Assembly: GCA_963834265.1 (NCBI GenBank) | Contig: CAWIAU010000001.1 | Span: 327,572 to 391,571, forward strand | Direction: 5' to 3' | Length of the DNA stretch: 64,000 bases | Origin: an uncultured bacterium | GTDB taxonomy: Bacteria; Patescibacteriota; Saccharimonadia; Saccharimonadales; 2-12-FULL-41-12 | In this document: positions 18,895 through 32,000 of the stretch, piece by piece | How positions within the stretch are numbered: the first letter of the stretch is position 1 | Layout: every line of letters begins with the position of its first letter | Notes under the pieces: model-generated | What the model was told of the DNA's origin: nothing | The model's database searches: none | What the model saw: only the letters and a program-made list of their open reading frames with translations | Program-made: the position numbers and the translations under genes

Positions 18895-19761
18895 ATGGCA
18901 AATAAGCAGGTAAAGAGGAGAGCTGTAGACTCGCTGAGTAGTATAGCGCCTCCGAAAAGTTCCGATGCCAATACGAAGCATTCTACTAACAACTATTCCC
19001 GTTTTTCTGACCCAAAAAGTGCTTCTCAGCCCGTCAGGCACTCTAAAAATATGCCTTCTGTAAAAGAAAGTACGCATAAATCTCTGAATCACCATCAAAA
19101 AGGATATGAATGGAAAGGCCCCCGAAGGCATAAATCAGATAAAAACAGAGAGAACTATCTAGGTATAGAACCATTACCGCCCGAACCAAAAAAACGAAAG
19201 GATCCAAAAGTAATCTCATTTGAATTAAAAGTTCCAAAGATCAAAAAGACCGATTTTCCATATAAACCTATTGCGAAAATAATGCCGTGGGCTCTAGTCG
19301 GCATATTCTTGCTTATAGCGATTATACTCGGCGTAAAGCACTACGATAATCCGCGCTCTACATCTGGGGTTGTCGAGGAAAATCTGCCTGCCTCTCCTGC
19401 GTTCGAGACACTGGTACCGGAGACTGCTAAGAAAGTCGAAGATAAGCCGGTTAGCTATGATCCGGAAAAGCAGGTTGCCAGCTTCAAAGATAAGATTACA
19501 GGGGTTGACGTCACAATCAGTCAGCAGGCACTGCCGGATACTTTCAAAGCAAATCCGGAGCAGGAGGTCGAAAAACTGGCCAAAAACTTCAATGCCAATA
19601 AGATTATCTATGCCGGTGAAGTTAAGGCTTTCTCAGGAATATCATCTGAAGACAAAACTCAAACAGTAGTATTCACTAAGAAAAATTTACTAATATTCGT
19701 CCGTGCGGTCAAAGAGCTGGATAAGGATGGTTTAGTGCAATATATTATTAATTTAGAGTAA
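18895..19761 (+). CDS. single-pass membrane protein with a ~130-aa basic N-terminal tail, 288 aa
   Basis: The ORF has a Lys/Pro/Ser-rich N-terminus, one TM helix (MPWALVGIFLLIAIILGV) and a ~135-aa C-terminal globular part. The start codon is uncertain. Confidence 0.65.
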   Translation: MANKQVKRRAVDSLSSIAPPKSSDANTKHSTNNYSRFSDPKSASQPVRHSKNMPSVKESTHKSLNHHQKGYEWKGPRRHKSDKNRENYLGIEPLPPEPKKRKDPKVISFELKVPKIKKTDFPYKPIAKIMPWALVGIFLLIAIILGVKHYDNPRSTSGVVEENLPASPAFETLVPETAKKVEDKPVSYDPEKQVASFKDKITGVDVTISQQALPDTFKANPEQEVEKLAKNFNANKIIYAGEVKAFSGISSEDKTQTVVFTKKNLLIFVRAVKELDKDGLVQYIINLE

Positions 19762-20066
19762 AAATCTGTAATTGATCTGCTTAAAATCCGACTATTGTAA
19801 AAAAAGCTTCAATGAACACATTTTTTATACCTTGATTCAAGGGGTAATCAGGCAGATATATATAATCTGAAAACAATATTTTACGTTGTAATTTATACTT
19901 GTATTTAGAGATTATTTTGTATATTAACAGTTATTAAACCTTCGGAGGATAAGCTACTGTCGCGCTAATTTCCGGGTATATTATTTGCTCTGTTATAAGA
20001 ACTACTCTAGAATTGTTATGGGATAAATCAAACTAAAAATTTCCCAACAACAAAAACAATAAAATT

Positions 20067-23000
20067 ATGCAAAAAGATTCGACCTCTGTGTCGGACAACA
20101 CAACTGACGTGCATCCGAACGTCAACAGGGCTGATATTTATAATTCAGTCGGTAATTCTGCGTCCGTTACTAATGTTTATTCGTCTCAATCCATGGAAGT
20201 GCGGGATCCGGAACAAGCGGAAAATTATGTCCGGAACTCTATTGAAAGTTCTCAGTTGGACGAGAGTGACGGAATTGCTGATTATACTGATGCTCAGTTT
20301 CACAATCCTGACGAGAGCCCCAAAAAAGCTGTACTTTCTTTGTCGACTAAGAAAGCTACGGTTGTTTCATCGATCATTACGGCTATAGTTCTAATTTTGG
20401 TTACTGGTACATCGATACTTCTGTCGCACAATCAGCGTATCTCCGACCAAAACCGTCACCAGGCCCCCTCCCAGCAGATAGATATCAAAGTAACTAACAA
20501 CGAATCTACTCCTCCTGAACTCACCGGAGCTCAGGAATCTCTCCTCGTCAGCGGTGACATTATCACCAAAGGTAACTTCAAGGTCAGTAGCAAAGGCTAC
20601 ATCACCATCCTGAGCCCTGACAACCTGACAGCTGATCAGGCCTATACACTACCAGACTCTTCCGGAGTCTTCTGTCTCAGCAGTAACAACTGTAGCTATG
20701 GTGGTCTGGCAGAACTCACCAAAGCTCAGGCAGATATTGCCGGTCTGCAGAACAGTCTGGGGCAGATTGTTATCCCGTCTGCCCAGACTTTTCCGGCTGT
20801 TCCGCCCTCCAGTCTAATCAACAATCAACGGGGAGCTGTAAGCATACAGGGTACCTCCAATCAGATCTCAGTCACGACAGGTAGTGGTGTCATAACACTG
20901 GCTACTCCCCAGGATCTGGCAACTGTCAGCTCCCCCGGCTTTGCCAGCCTGTTCCTGTCCGGCAATCTCACCGTCAACGGCAACCTGACTTTACCTCTGA
21001 ACTGTAGCACCAGTGCCAATGGCGGTACTCTGACCACCACAGCAGGAGGACAGGTTATCTGTGCCGATGATGACGGGGGAGCTGGCAGTTCTATCAGCGG
21101 TTCCGGCACTGTCGGCGCGATTGCCGTCTTTACCGGCGCCCAGACGATCGCTGATTCGATTATCTCCCAAGCTCTTGGCATTGTCACAATTAGCGGCGCC
21201 CTGAACGTCACCGGCGCGCTCTCAGCCGCCAGCCTGAGCCTGAGCACGCCGCTCAGCGTGCCGAATGGCGGTACCGGCGCCACGGCTTTTGCCGCTAACG
21301 GTCTATTGCTGGGCAACGGCGCCGGAGCCGTCGCGACAGTAGCTGCACCGGCCAGCGGTCAGATACTGCTCGGCAACGGCACAACTCCCGTCTTTACCAC
21401 TGTAAGCGGCGACGTGGCCGTTAACGGCACCGGTATTACTACCATCCAGGCCAATTCTGTAGATTTAGGAGTTGATACCACCGGAAACTACGTAGCGAGT
21501 ATTACGGCCGGCAACGGCCTCAGCGTTGGCGGCGCGGCCGGCGAGGGCAGCTCCCATACCCTCAGCGTCATCTACGGCTCGGCCGCTAACACAGCAGTAC
21601 AAGGAAATACAACGCTTACGTGCCCTAGCGGAACGGGCAACCTGAGCGGCGGCGGCAACAGCGTTGTTTTTGGAGCCGGCGGCGCCTGCACTGACTTGTC
21701 TGTGGTCAGCGCCCCGACCTTCGCCGGCCTGCTGAGTGCCAACGGCGGCTTAACCGTCGAAGCGGGGGATACCTTTACGGTCAACGGCGACGTTTTCACT
21801 GATCTGACCGGCACCGGTTTATCAATACTGTCCGGTGTGCTCAGCCTGGCCAACACCGCCGTTACGCCCAGCACTTACGGTAACAGCACCTCTGTCGCCC
21901 AGTTCACAGTTGACCAGCAGGGCAGGATAACCAGCGCATCTAACGTAGCGATTACCGGCCTGGACAGCTGTTCGTCCTGCGCGCCTGCCTCGGGGGGCAA
22001 CTACATCGCCAAGAATGCCCAGGACACCTCCAGCGCCTCCTTCCTGGGCAGCCTGCTGTCCCTAACCAACAGCAATACCGGTGCGGCCGGCGTCCTCGGC
22101 CTGACCAGTTCCGGCACCAGCTCGGCGCTCCGGGTCACCCAGTCCGGCAACCCGACTGCCGGCCAGGCCCTGATACTGGCCAACAACACCAACGGCACCC
22201 CGACCGGTAACTTACTTGATCTTCAGACCAACGGTACCAGCCGGTTCAGCGTTAATGCCGCCGGCACCGCTACCGCTGTAGCTTTCTCCGGCAACGGCTC
22301 GGCCGTCACCAACGTCGACGCCGCTCTGCTAAACGGCCAGGCTGGTAGTTATTACCGCAATGCCACCAATATTAATGCTGGTACGCTCGGCGTCGGCTTC
22401 GGCGGCACCGGTACTACCAGCCTGACAGCTAACGGCGTATTATTCGGCAATGGCGCCGGCGCCATCGGTGCCACGGCAGCCGGCACCACCGGGCAATGCC
22501 TGCTGGCCAACACCGGGGCCGCTCCGACCTGGGGCGCCTGCACCGGCGCCGGCGGGGTTGCCAGCCTGGAAGGCATGACCGGCGCGATTCTTATTGACAA
22601 CGCCACCGGCCTGAGCGGCGTGGTTACCATCGACAATGCCAGCACGACCGCCAAGGGTATAGCCAGCTTTAACTCCAGCCACTTCAGCACGAGCGCCGGC
22701 GCCGTCAGCCTGGCCAACACCGCCGTTACGCCCAGCACTTACGGTAACAGCACCTCTGTCGCCCAGTTCACAGTTGACCAGCAGGGCAGGATAACCAGCG
22801 CATCTAACGTAGCGATTACCGGCCTGGACAGCTGTTCGTCCTGCGCGCCTGCCTCGGGGGGCAACTACATCGCCAAGAATGCCCAGGACACCTCCAGCGC
22901 CTCCTTCCTGGGCAGCCTGCTGTCCCTAACCAACAGCAATACCGGTGCGGCCGGCGTCCTCGGCCTGACCAGTTCCGGCACCAGCTCGGCGCTCCGGGTC

Positions 23001-26000
23001 ACCCAGTCCGGCAACCCGACTGCCGGCCAGGCCCTGATACTGGCCAACAACACCAACGGCACCCCGACCGGTAACTTACTTGATCTTCAGACCAACGGTA
23101 CCAGCCGGTTCAGCGTTAATGCCGCCGGCACCGCTACCGCTGTAGCTTTCTCCGGCAACGGCTCGGCCGTCACCAACGTCGACGCCGCTCTGCTAAACGG
23201 CCAGGCTGGTAGTTATTACCGCAATGCCACCAATATTAATGCTGGTACGCTCGCCAATACTTATCTAGTAAACGCCGGAGCCCTAACCGTTACGGCTGGC
23301 GGCGGCTTAATTAACGGCGGTTCGGTAGCTTTAGGAGCCAGTACCGCCCTTAACATCGGAGCAGGCGATGGTATAACAGTTAACACCGATGACGTAGCAG
23401 TTGACGCCTCAGTCTGCCGCACATCCGGCAACTGCGCTGGTGTAGGCGGTACCGGCGACGTGCTGCAAGGCGGCAACAGTTTTGTCTCAACTGATTTAAC
23501 TCTTGGTACCAACAACGCCCAAAGCCTTCAGTTAGAAACCAACAACGTTACCCGTCTGACTATTAATACCAGCGGACTGCTTAACTTAAGCGCTTACGGC
23601 AGCGGCGGACAAAACTGTGTTGGCCTGGGCAATAGCGGCAAGCTAACTACTGATGCTTCCGGCAATGTAGTCTGCGCAACTGACGTTGGCGGAGCTGGCG
23701 GTACGATCGGCGGTTCAGGTACAGCCGGCGCGCTAGCCAAGTTCACGGGCGCTAATACTATTGGCGATTCCATTATTACCGAATCCGGCGCTACTGTTAC
23801 CGTAGCTGGTACTCTGGTTGCAACCGCCCTGCAAGGCAACGGCAGTGCCATAACTAACTTAAACGGTAGTAGCATTTCTTCCGGCACAGTAGCTAATACT
23901 TATTTAGTAAATGCTGGGGCTCTAACCGTCTCGGCAGGTACCGGTCTGAGTGGCGGAGGTAGCGTAGCTCTGGGCGGCAGCGCCACTCTAAGCCTGGCCA
24001 ACACCGCCGTTACGCCCAGCACTTACGGTAACAGCACCTCTGTCGCCCAGTTCACAGTTGACCAGCAGGGCAGGATAACCAGCGCATCTAACGTAGCGAT
24101 TACCGGCCTGGACAGCTGTTCGTCCTGCGCGCCTGCCTCGGGGGGCAACTACATCGCCAAGAATGCCCAGGACACCTCCAGCGCCTCCTTCCTGGGCAGC
24201 CTGCTGTCCCTAACCAACAGCAATACCGGTGCGGCCGGCGTCCTCGGCCTGACCAGTTCCGGCACCAGCTCGGCGCTCCGGGTCACCCAGTCCGGCAACC
24301 CGACTGCCGGCCAGGCCCTGATACTGGCCAACAACACCAACGGCACCCCGACCGGTAACTTACTTGATCTTCAGACCAACGGTACCAGCCGGTTCAGCGT
24401 TAATGCCGCCGGCACCGCTACCGCTGTAGCTTTCTCCGGCAACGGCTCGGCCGTCACCAACGTCGACGCCGCTCTGCTAAACGGCCAGGCTGGTAGTTAT
24501 TACCGCAATGCCACCAATATTAATGCTGGTACGCTCGGCGTCGGCTTCGGCGGCACCGGTACTACCAGCCTGACAGCTAACGGCGTATTATTCGGCAATG
24601 GCGCCGGCGCCATCGGTGCCACGGCAGCCGGCACCACCGGGCAATGCCTGCTGGCCAACACCGGGGCCGCTCCGACCTGGGGCGCCTGCACCGGCGCCGG
24701 CGGGGTTGCCAGCCTGGAAGGCATGACCGGCGCGATTCTTATTGACAACGCCACCGGCCTGAGCGGCGTGGTTACCATCGACAATGCCAGCACGACCGCC
24801 AAGGGTATAGCCAGCTTTAACTCCAGCCACTTCAGCACGAGCGCCGGCGCCGTCAGCCTGGCCAACACCGCCGTTACGCCCAGCACTTACGGTAACAGCA
24901 CCTCTGTCGCCCAGTTCACAGTTGACCAGCAGGGCAGGATAACCAGCGCATCTAACGTAGCGATTACCGGCCTGGACAGCTGTTCGTCCTGCGCGCCTGC
25001 CTCGGGGGGCAACTACATCGCCAAGAATGCCCAGGACACCTCCAGCGCCTCCTTCCTGGGCAGCCTGCTGTCCCTAACCAACAGCAATACCGGTGCGGCC
25101 GGCGTCCTCGGCCTGACCAGTTCCGGCACCAGCTCGGCGCTCCGGGTCACCCAGTCCGGCAACCCGACTGCCGGCCAGGCCCTGATACTGGCCAACAACA
25201 CCAACGGCACCCCGACCGGTAACTTACTTGATCTTCAGACCAACGGTACCAGCCGGTTCAGCGTTAATGCCGCCGGCACCGCTACCGCTGTAGCTTTCTC
25301 CGGCAACGGCTCGGCCGTCACCAACGTCGACGCCGCTCTGCTAAACGGCCAGGCTGGTAGTTATTACCGCAATGCCACCAATATTAATGCTGGTACGCTC
25401 GGCGTCGGCTTCGGCGGCACCGGTACTACCAGCCTGACAGCTAACGGCGTATTATTCGGCAATGGCGCCGGCGCCATCGGTGCCACGGCAGCCGGCACCA
25501 CCGGGCAATGCCTGCTGGCCAACACCGGGGCCGCTCCGACCTGGGGCGCCTGCACCGGCGCCGGCGGGGTTGCCAGCCTGGAAGGCATGACCGGCGCGAT
25601 TCTTATTGACAACGCCACCGGCCTGAGCGGCGTGGTTACCATCGACAATGCCAGCACGACCGCCAAGGGTATAGCCAGCTTTAACTCCAGCCACTTCAGC
25701 ACGAGCGCCGGCGCCGTCAGCCTGGCCAACACCGCCGTTACGCCCAGCACTTACGGTAACAGCACCTCTGTCGCCCAGTTCACAGTTGACCAGCAGGGCA
25801 GGATAACCAGCGCATCTAACGTAGCGATTACCGGCCTGGACAGCTGTTCGTCCTGCGCGCCTGCCTCGGGGGGCAACTACATCGCCAAGAATGCCCAGGA
25901 CACCTCCAGCGCCTCCTTCCTGGGCAGCCTGCTGTCCCTAACCAACAGCAATACCGGTGCGGCCGGCGTCCTCGGCCTGACCAGTTCCGGCACCAGCTCG

Positions 26001-29000
26001 GCGCTCCGGGTCACCCAGTCCGGCAACCCGACTGCCGGCCAGGCCCTGATACTGGCCAACAACACCAACGGCACCCCGACCGGTAACTTACTTGATCTTC
26101 AGACCAACGGTACCAGCCGGTTCAGCGTTAATGCCGCCGGCACCGCTACCGCTGTAGCTTTCTCCGGCAACGGCTCGGCCGTCACCAACGTCGACGCCGC
26201 TCTGCTAAACGGCCAGGCTGGTAGTTATTACCGCAATGCCACCAATATTAATGCTGGTACGCTCGGCGTCGGCTTCGGCGGCACCGGTACTACCAGCCTG
26301 ACAGCTAACGGCGTATTATTCGGCAATGGCGCCGGCGCCATCGGTGCCACGGCAGCCGGCACCACCGGGCAATGCCTGCTGGCCAACACCGGGGCCGCTC
26401 CGACCTGGGGCGCCTGCACCGGCGCCGGCGGGGTTGCCAGCCTGGAAGGCATGACCGGCGCGATTCTTATTGACAACGCCACCGGCCTGAGCGGCGTGGT
26501 TACCATCGACAATGCCAGCACGACCGCCAAGGGTATAGCCAGCTTTAACTCCAGCCACTTCAGCACGAGCGCCGGCGCCGTCAGCCTGGCCAACACCGCC
26601 GTTACGCCCAGCACTTACGGTAACAGCACCTCTGTCGCCCAGTTCACAGTTGACCAGCAGGGCAGGATAACCAGCGCATCTAACGTAGCGATTACCGGCC
26701 TGGACAGCTGTTCGTCCTGCGCGCCTGCCTCGGGGGGCAACTACATCGCCAAGAATGCCCAGGACACCTCCAGCGCCTCCTTCCTGGGCAGCCTGCTGTC
26801 CCTAACCAACAGCAATACCGGTGCGGCCGGCGTCCTCGGCCTGACCAGTTCCGGCACCAGCTCGGCGCTCCGGGTCACCCAGTCCGGCAACCCGACTGCC
26901 GGCCAGGCCCTGATACTGGCCAACAACACCAACGGCACCCCGACCGGTAACTTACTTGATCTTCAGACCAACGGTACCAGCCGGTTCAGCGTTAATGCCG
27001 CCGGCACCGCTACCGCTGTAGCTTTCTCCGGCAACGGCTCGGCCGTCACCAACGTCGACGCCGCTCTGCTAAACGGCCAGGCTGGTAGTTATTACCGCAA
27101 TGCCACCAATATTAATGCTGGTACGCTCGGCGTCGGCTTCGGCGGCACCGGTACTACCAGCCTGACAGCTAACGGCGTATTATTCGGCAATGGCGCCGGC
27201 GCCATCGGTGCCACGGCAGCCGGCACCACCGGGCAATGCCTGCTGGCCAACACCGGGGCCGCTCCGACCTGGGGCGCCTGCACCGGCGCCGGCGGGGTTG
27301 CCAGCCTGGAAGGCATGACCGGCGCGATTCTTATTGACAACGCCACCGGCCTGAGCGGCGTGGTTACCATCGACAATGCCAGCACGACCGCCAAGGGTAT
27401 AGCCAGCTTTAACTCCAGCCACTTCAGCACGAGCGCCGGCGCCGTCAGCCTGGCCAACACCGCCGTTACGCCCAGCACTTACGGTAACAGCACCTCTGTC
27501 GCCCAGTTCACAGTTGACCAGCAGGGCAGGATAACCAGCGCATCTAACGTAGCGATTACCGGATTCCAAGCCAGTGATTCTACTTTGACGTCATTAGCCG
27601 CCTACAATACAAATGGAATTCTGGTACAAACCGCACCTGATACATTTACGGGCCGGACAATAGTCGCGGGTTCTACAAAGTTAAGCGTAATTAATGGAGA
27701 TGGTGTAGCCAGTAATCCGTCACTAGACGTGATTGAAGCAAATCTGGTTCTGAATAATATAGGCGGAACTCTCAATGTCAATAAAGGCGGTACAGGAGCG
27801 GTTAGCTTTGGTGCGAATGGTGTTCTATACGGCAATGGTACCGGCGCGATCACCGCTACGGCTGCTGGCGCAAATGGGCAATGTTTGCTAGGTAATACCG
27901 GTTTGGCGCCAACGTGGGGCAACTGTACCGGCTCGGGAGCTGTTAACAGTATAACCGGCACGGCTGGCGGTTCTGTGGCCGCTGTCGGAGCTATCACAAT
28001 TAACGATGCCCTAACCACTAGTTCAGCGATAACTATCAATAACGCTACTACTACAACTAAAGGCATAGCCAGTTTTAATACTTCTGACTTTAGCTTAGCA
28101 TCCGGGGCGGTTAGTCTGGCGGCAGTAGTTACCAAATTAGGGTCGATGATCGAATCTTCCGAAATAACTGATGGAACAATAGCAAACGTAGATTTAGCCA
28201 ACAGCTCGGTTAATTTCGGGGGAGTCAGTGTTGCTCTTGGCGCCAGCGATTTAACTCCTGCTTTTGATCTTACAGATGCTATTAACCTTAATATATTAAC
28301 AGGTACGACCGGCACACTGACGGTCGCCAGGGGAGGTACAGGGGCGACTTCTTTCACCGCGGGTGGAATACTCTACGGTAATGGTACGGGTGCGATCACC
28401 ACTAGCGGCATTTTGGCAAACGGACAACTCTTAATCGGTGATGGCAGCGGCGCCCCTACAGTCGCAACATTAACCCAAGGCACAGGAATCATTATCACTA
28501 ATGGAGCTGGGAGTATAATGGTAGAAGTAGATAGCAGTACGGTCTGTATGTATGGGTTCTTCTGCGGCGGCGGCGGAAGTGACCCGGATTTAGCCACTAT
28601 CGAACTGGACAACTTGAGCAACGTAGCTATTAACACTAGCCTCCTACCTGATATAGCCGGAGCTATTAGCCTGGGCTCATCCGCTAAACCGTTCGCTAAT
28701 CTCTATATAGGCTCTGCCGCTACTAATAATATAAGAATCACTGGTACAGCCGCTGCAGCTAGGGTCTATACTATTCCTGACGTAGGCGGCAATTACGACT
28801 TCTGCTTGACTAGCGGCAACTGCGCTGGCTCTGGTAGCGGTCTAACCGGATCAGGCACAAACGGCAAGATTGCTAAATTCACAGGCACCGGATCACTAGG
28901 CGACTCTATTTTGACTGAATCGGGCAGCGTTATCAGCTTAGCTGGCACATTGAGCGCTACAACTATTCAAGGAGATGGCAGCGGCTTGACTAACCTGGAT

Positions 29001-32000
29001 GCAGGCGATATTAATAGCGGCATACTTGGCGTTGCCCGAGGAGGTAGCGGAGCAGGAACCTTTACGGCTAATGGCGTTTTGTTTGGTAACGGTACAAGCG
29101 CATTAGGTGTTACAGCCGCCGGAACAACCGGCCAGTGTTTGCTGGCTACCACAAGTGCAGCTCCGAGCTGGGGCACTTGCACAGGAGTTGGTAGTGGTGT
29201 TACCAGCATAGATGGCCAGACTGGTGCGGTCAGTATTAATAATGCCACCGGCACAGGCGCCGTTATCACAATTGACGATGCCACTACTACAACTAAGGGC
29301 ATAGCCAGTTTCGCGTCGGCTGACTTCGATGTTTCAGCCGGTGCTATTACCTTGGATACGGTCGTAACAAAGCAGGGCAACACCTTTAACGGTGTTAGCC
29401 AACTCATTCAAACAACTGCCGCCGGCGCTTTCCCAGCACTAAGTGGTGTTAATATTACTAACCTAAACGGAACCAATGTTAACAGTGGCCTTGTAGGTGT
29501 GGCATATGGTGGAACGGGTATTTCTACGGTGCCAACCAACGGGAAACTCCTCATCGGTAATGGTACCGGTTATGCTTCGGCTAACCTGACATCGTCTAAC
29601 TCCAGCGTTACGATCACTAACGGCGCTGGCACAATCGACCTCGTTGTGCCTGGCGCCGGTACTTGTGGCTCCTGTGTAGCTCTGAAAGCTACTACTCCGG
29701 ATACTGCTCAGACCGGACATATCAATGTTTCCGGGACTATTATCGCCGGATTCTTCCAAGGTAATGGTAGCAACCTGACTAACCTGGATGCTGGTGATAT
29801 TAACAGCGGCATTCTCCTGGTGGGTCGCGGCGGCACAGGTATTACTACAACTCCTACCAACGGCCAGCTTCTTATAGGCAATGGCACTAATTATACCGCC
29901 GCTAACCTTACTTCAAATGACTCGACAGTGGTCATAACTAATGGTTCCGGCACTATTAACCTGAGCGCTCCAGGTTCAGGTACTTGCGCCGCATGTGTTT
30001 CGTTGCAACCTACCACCGGATCTCCACAGACAGGCCACATTAACGTTAGCGGTACTGTTACTGCTGGTAACTTCAGCGGTGTCGGCACTAATTTAACATC
30101 TCTAAATGGCTCAAGCATCAGTAGTGGCACGGTCATAGCAACCGTAGGAGGTACCGGTCATACTACCTATGCTATAGGCGATCTTCTGTATGCCAATACC
30201 ACAACTTCACTTGCCCGCAGGGCCGCCGTAGCCATAGGCTCATGCCTAATCTCACAAGGTGTCTCAACTGCTCCTATCTGGGGTAGTTGTGGCAGTGGCG
30301 TAAACGCTATCGGGACCTTCGACAGTAATGGTTCCGGTGCCCAAGGCGCGACCATTAGTGGTAGCAGCTTATTTTTGCAAAGCGCCACTGCCAGCGTACC
30401 TGGGTTGGTAAATACTAGTGGCACTCAGATTTTTGGTGGTATTAAGACATTCAACGGAATCATTAATGCCAACGCCACAGGCAAAACAGCCATCCAGATC
30501 GCTGACTCAGGCGGGCAGAGCTCAGGAATAACTATTGGCGGGGATACTAATTTGTATCGTTCAGCTGGTAGTACCTTAAGAACGGACACCACTTTTACTG
30601 CAGGAAATAGCATTGTTTCGTATCAAGGAACAACTGCTCAAATATCACTTCAAAATAATATTCCTACACCCGGTTTACCCACAATTTATTTCGGCAACGC
30701 CCAAGACACTAACCTTTATAGATCAGGAGGTGGCACCCTAAAAACCGATGGTAACTTCGAAGCAAACAATATACTGCTTCCTAGCGGAGGCATATTGCAA
30801 AGTACTGGCTACTTACAACTTATTTCTGGTGCTACGAATGACCAGATACTGTTTAAGTCGAATGGAGGGACTGTTGAAAACGCACGATTTAATAGCTCGG
30901 GTGTGTTCGTTTTGGGCCCGACAAATCAAATTGGTTGGAGCGCTTCAGGTGGCTCGGGTACACCAGACACTAATCTCTATCGGGCAGCGGCGGGCAATTT
31001 GCTGAAAACTGATGACAGTTTTGAAGCTATCGGTACCATTAACTCTGTCGGTGGTTATCAAGCCAACGGGGTTTCGGGCATATCCGCGACTTGCGCTGCC
31101 GGGGAAGCTTTGCAGGGGGCTACGATCAGCGGGGGCATAGTTACGGCCGGTACATGCGTAAGTAATGCCGATGCCAGTGCGCGGGTAACGCATAATGCCA
31201 GCCAATCAGTGAACTCTACTCTCGCTGCTTTAGTTTTCAACACAGAAACATACGATACTAATAATCTCCATTCTACTTCAAGCAACACCTCTCGCCTTAC
31301 CGCGCCGGTCGCTGGTACCTATGTGATTTCCGCTGGAGTTACCTTCAGTGATGGGAACGAGGATAGAAACTTGCAGATTAGGCTAAACGGCACTACAACC
31401 TACATATCAAAAGACTCTTTGGATTCTCAGGCCTCAGGCTCAATGACAACAACGACTACTTATTACTTGAACGCGAATGATTACGTAGAAGTTATGGCTT
31501 CTTCAACAGGTCTCAGCGAAACTGTAGCCGCTAACTCCGTCTCTCAACCACTTTATTTCTCTATGACTAAAGTTGGCAGCAGCAGTGGCGGCGGTGGCGG
31601 CGGCGGCGATCTTCAAGCTGCTTATAACTTATCTGGTTCACCGGCAACTATCGCCACTACTTCTACGCTAAAAGATATTATATTTAAATCTGGCGTTGGC
31701 TTCGATGCTCCCAACTTCTTCCGTATACAAAATGGTGCTGGCGTAGAGTTCTTTAGCGCCAACTCTACTAACGGACGAATAGGGTTGGGTACGATCAGTC
31801 CATCCATGAGATTACATATTCAAGGAAACGACTACCTGTCATCTTCATTAATGTTAGACAGGTCATCATCAGACGATCTTTCCTCAGAAATTAGATTCCA
31901 TAAATCAAGGGGAACGCCCACTTCTCGAACCGATGTTTTAGCTAATGATTTGGTTGCTCGTATGACAGGCTATGGATATAAAGACGGTGCTTATCGAGAT

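Noticed and set aside
18865-19131. The long form of the minus-strand ORF 18118..19131 (337 aa).
   Set aside because: The extra 89 aa overlap the divergent gene 18895..19761 and have odd composition. The internal Met at 18864 gives a clean signal anchor.
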